Assembly (NCBI GenBank): GCA_977018835.1
Contig: OZ361261.1
Coordinates: forward strand, 1,364,001 to 1,428,000
Source of the DNA: Minutocellus sp. GHC0000111
Taxonomy: Eukaryota
DNA length: 64,000 nucleotides
Direction: 5' to 3'
Under the pieces are notes generated by a model. It was given only the letters and a program-made list of their open reading frames with translations. It made no database searches and was not told where the DNA came from. The number at the start of each line of letters is the position of its first letter. Position 1 is the first letter of the stretch. The position numbers and the translations under genes were made by a program. Shown here one piece after another: positions 59,609-64,000 of this stretch.

Positions 59609-62600
59609 ATGCCCAGCGAGACTGCCGCAAGCAGAGACAGGCGGCGGCGGCGCAGACGGCGGCGCCCTACCAGCACGATGACCCTATCGGCGGCTCATTC
59701 TGCGTCACCGTCGTCACCAATCGGCATGACGATAAGCCTGGCCCTTCTTCTCCTCGTCTCGGACTTGACGGGGAAACTACCCCCGAGCGTCATGGCCGAA
59801 CGGAGGAGGTATTATTCGGGACAGAATTATCGGCAGAGGTCGAGGTCGGCGCGCGCGCGGAGAGACAAGCAGGGTCGACAGAAGCGAGCTGATGGAGCGC
59901 CGAGTAGCGACCAGCAGACGGCAGGACCGATTCGACGCATGCAGAACGACGAAATGGGCGACAAACTCCTCGATGAGCTGTTCGGTGGGGACTTCCAGCT
60001 CACGGTCAAGAATACGCCCGAATGTGAAGAATGCTCGGCCTGTGGTAAGTCAACTTACTTGTGATAGTTCTGAGCGCTGTGGGAGGCTGCTTTTCTTTGG
60101 TGAAATTCCTCTCTTTCGCCGATTCGATTCGATTATCTAATTAGTCCGTCTTTCCACTTCCTTTCGAATGCGCAGCCGATTTCTTTGGAGATGACGATGA
60201 ATGTCCATCGTCCTGTATTGACTGTGTTGAGCTGCCCCCGCCGTACAATGAGGAGTTCTCTCCCCAAGCCCTTCTGGACCTCGTCGGTGATATGTTTAAT
60301 GATATTGGCGAGAGCTTGGCGGAAGGCTTTGGGGATGGTTTTGTTGGGGAGATGAATCTAGTTTCGTATACTGAAGAATGCACTTCTGACGAAGAAGATC
60401 AAGGATGTGGGCCATGCGAGCCGTGTGAGGATGATGAGGACTGTGCCAATGGGTTATCGTGCTACGAACGGCCAGAACGCGGTGTCGCCGAGGAGGAGGG
60501 TGACATGGCGTTTTTGACGGTGATTGAAAGTGTCCCTGGCTGTACTGGTGAGGCTCGGGATGAGAAACTCAGGTACTGCTACGACCCAGTACCGGTCATG
60601 TTACCTACTCTTGCTGTGCCTGGAAGTATGCCTCCAAGGCCTGGCAACATGCAGCCCGATGACTTCGATGCAGATGGCGAAAACGCCAATGGACTTTTTC
60701 TTTTGACCCCCAGCACAGTGGGCGATGGAGACTTCCTAACGCAACTATTTGGTGAGAATTTTGAACTCACCAAGAGAGATCCTGGCGAATGCGAGACTTG
60801 CGAGGCCGAGGACTGTCGCCAGTGCGTCGACTGTGGTAAGTATGACGGGTTTTTGAGTCATTTTGAACCTAGCAAGATGTATCTTTTGCCTACGATCGCA
60901 TCTTACGCCCTACCGTTCCTCTTTTTGTTTCAACCTGTTGCAGTTGACAGAAATCCTGACGATGTGAAGTGCATTGACTGCGACCGATGTTCCTCTTGTC
61001 TCGGCTGTGTCGCTCTTCCAGCGCCATACAATGAGGGCCTTAGTCCTGAAGGTATCCTAGATCTTGTCGGTATTGGGAACGATAAAATGGCCGACAGCTC
61101 ATTGAAAGGCGAGGAACTATTGAAGATACTCTTCGGCGAAGAATTTGAGCTCTCTATACGAAGCTCTCCCGAATGCGAGGAGTGTTCCGATTGCTCTTCA
61201 TGCATTGGCTGTCGTAAGTACATTACTTTCTTTTGCATCTCTTTCGGTTGAACTTGCGATTTTTTGTTTCTGCCATACCCCCAGTCTTTCTCACGTTATT
61301 CTCTCTTGTCTGATGCGTGCTGTGTCCCGTACGATCGTACTTACTTCTCTACAGTTGGCAGCAAGGATGAAAAATGTGCCGAGTGTGAAGAGCAATGTAG
61401 TCCTTGCCTTGGTAATGGTTGCATTGCCCTTCCGGAGCCTTATAATAGTGAAGGGCTCGGTCCTGGGGAATGCTGCAGCTCGTCAGTGGTATGATGACTC
61501 CAGATCGAAGCGTCTCCGACTCCCCCGTCGTCCTGGAATCAACCACTACTGTTGCGACAATGAATTCAGTAGGCGATACTATTACAACCACGGAGAGTGT
61601 TTCTCTATTTCTTGATACTACAAGTCTCAATGAATTTGTCAATGTGGGAACCTGCAATAGTGGTAGCAACAAGAAGTGCAAAGAATGCGAAGGTTCTTGC
61701 GAGCGGAATCGAGACTGCAAAGGGGATCTGAAGTGTCTCAAGCGTGACGGTGATGAGTCTGTTCCAGGCTGCTTTGGAGAGCCAATAAGAGGCGAAAACT
61801 ATTGCTACGATCCCGCCGCAGAAATTGGTGCCTTGGGTGTTGCTAGCGTTGTTGAAATTACAGAGGATATCACGTACAGCCAATTCCGTTCGTATCAGGA
61901 GTTGGGCACTGTGAACTGCATGGCTGCCGACGGCGTCACCCAAATTCGTGGTTATAATCGACTCAGCAATCTTCGGCGTCAGCTGGAGGCTGGACGGTAC
62001 GTCGTTTCCATCCCAGGAGATCAAATTCCTGAAGAGGGCTTGATCTACAGCATCTGTCCGGGGTCCACCTTCACCTTTTTGGAGGTCGGCGGTGACGCCG
62101 CTGTGCTGCCTCCTTTGAGAATCACGAGTAACCACACAACCCTTCGCTGTGGCCAAGAGCTTGAGGACGACGTGGCTTTCGTGGATGAAGAGGCCAGTAG
62201 ATGCACTCTTGCTGATGGTCTCAACCATCTCCTCGTAGAGCCGGGCCTGGAGAAGGTCAATGTGGAGCGACTGTACTTTGTCGACACCAGGGAGCTGGGA
62301 AATTCCGTCATTGTTCAAAAGCGTCCTCGCACAGTTGAATCGCAAGATGAATTCATCATTGTCGGTCGCGCAATGCCTGTCAATTTTGTTGATTGTACGT
62401 GGGAGGGAAACAGGGGCAGTAGTGCTTTGGGGGTTCAACGATTATCGTCTACCGATATGCCTTCGGCGTCACCATCGATGGCCACTGATGAACCAACGGT
62501 TGAGACGGATGAGCCAACGGTTGAGACGGATGAGCCGACAATCGATACTGATGAACCCACCAGGAAGCCAACAAGAAGACCGACTAGATTTAGACGCCCA

Positions 62601-63803
62601 ACTCCCACCCCAACGATGGAGCCAACCTTTACGCCTCTTCCCACTGTGGATGATTGGTGTTTTACGGATTGGGAGCTCTTGGCCGAGGCCGTGGCAACAC
62701 AGCCACGAGGTTCGACTTTTCACATTTGCCCCAATACTGTGATGGACCTACGAACAAACTTTACCCAAGGATCGCATCCTGTATTTTATATCAGAAAGAG
62801 TAATACCGTGATCAAATGCGGCTTGACGGGGAGAAGGTCAAACACATGCCTCATTTTCGGGAATACCGAGCACTTTGTGTTTGTAGACCGGCCCCGGAAT
62901 GTCATCATCGAGGGTCTTACAATGATGGAGACAAACGGAGTTGCCAGCATCATTGTGGCAGGAGACGAACGGGCGAGCGCTACATTCATCGACTGTGCGT
63001 GGTGGAGAAATGAAGGCCGGGCTGTCGTTTTGGTTGCCAACGGCTTATACGCCAGTGACACTGAGGGTGATGACGTTTCTTTGGAAGCCGGGAGACAACG
63101 GGGTGCTTACCTCGCACGCTACGGTTCCGCCTTTGCGCCGCACGATGGTAGACAATTGCAAGGCTCGACGCCAATGCGAGCCGACTTTCAAGACATCCCA
63201 CCGCCGCCAGAAGGTGGGAGCATGACAGTGAAGTTCGAGAACTGTGTGTTCCGCAGCAACATCGTTGAATACTCTGTCATTACCAACTGGGGAGGAAGAA
63301 CCATGTTCAATCGGTCTTATTTCCGCGGCAATCAGGCTGGCGTAAGTGTTTTTGCGTGGTATACTTACTTCTATTTTTCTCGCTCTCAGACCTCCTCTTC
63401 AATACTCACCCATGTGCACCAATACATCTCGTCCTCTTTTTTGCCTTTCTCCAAACCTCAGAGCACCGTTATCGGGGGTTATTACGATGCCGAAGTCTCT
63501 GCTTCAACCTCTTGCTTCATCGAGAACGACGCGAGCTATCCTGGCACTATCTTTATCCGCGGTGCTACCTTGGATCTCAATATTGAGAACTACGCCGATG
63601 GTAACGAAGTTGGTGATTGCCAAGACATTTGGCTGGCTGATGATTGTCCGAACCCCGACGATGTAGACGAATGTCAGGGCATTTTTGAACCTTACACCGA
63701 GATCACCTGTCCGTTGAATCCATTGAATCTGATTGGTATGAATCAAGCCTATGGAGCCATCAACAGCGACGACATCGATAAGGACTGCCAATGCTTACGA
63801 TGA
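59609..63803 (+). CDS. Large multi-exon secreted Cys-rich cell-surface protein with frustulin-type acidic Cys-rich domains and beta-helix-like domains (introns ~60045-60175, 60836-60943, 61215-61354, 63342-63461; frameshift ~61470)
   Basis: C.GSC....DC.GDLKC..R....VPGC.G.....NYCYDP occurs twice; LL..LFG..F.L...PEC..C units occur three times; ICP.T/S domains occur twice; TDEPT repeats; hydrophobic N-terminal segment. Confidence 0.7.
62484..62560 (+). repeat. 21-bp coding tandem repeat (TDEPTVE units)
   Basis: gatgaaccaacggttgagacg / gatgagccaacggttgagacg / gatgagccgacaatcgatact. Confidence 0.85.
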
Positions 63804-64000
63804 TGGTACCGCGGTGGCCCTCGGTCTCGCCATGGCCGAGCAAATGGTAAGGAATCCCCCAGCTCGAAGTGTCGTCTTTCTTTTTGATGATGGCAAGGAG
63901 GGTTGGCGAAATGTCGGCATCCCTCCTCTCGGAGAGACGCTGGTTTGCTCCGAGTTCGCCGAAAGTTCCTTCTATCAGGAAATGCCCGTTAATCTTGCCA

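Overview
Gene-dense eukaryotic nuclear DNA, most likely a diatom. Support: GT-AG introns, bipartite signal+ASAFAP-like plastid presequences and a frustulin-type acidic Cys-rich domain. About 24 protein-coding genes are recognisable, including APC6/CDC16, ATG18/WIPI, NTE-type patatin, a TPK K+ channel, an AAAP transporter, VPS29, GPR107-like, a mitochondrial carrier, a cyclophilin, a GT49-like enzyme, AdoMetDC and a PPR-SMR protein. Several conserved genes carry single-base frameshifts that look like consensus errors. Three features stand out. (1) Two copies (14912-17519, 51474-54833) of an internally deleted Transib/RAG1-like DNA transposon. It has CACAG termini, 5-bp/4-bp TSDs and bipartite asymmetric ends whose inner conserved block lies 12 vs 23 nt from the terminal heptamer. 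(2) A repeat-restricted mutational signature in which TpA is converted to TpG/CpA (an apparent 'inverse RIP'), polarised by lost Tyr codons and lost stop codons in duplicated gene fragments. (3) A spliced 25-codon uORF ending Pro-Ser-stop, preceded by an AUG-UAG minimal uORF, upstream of AdoMetDC. All calls come from reading the sequence by eye; no searches were run.
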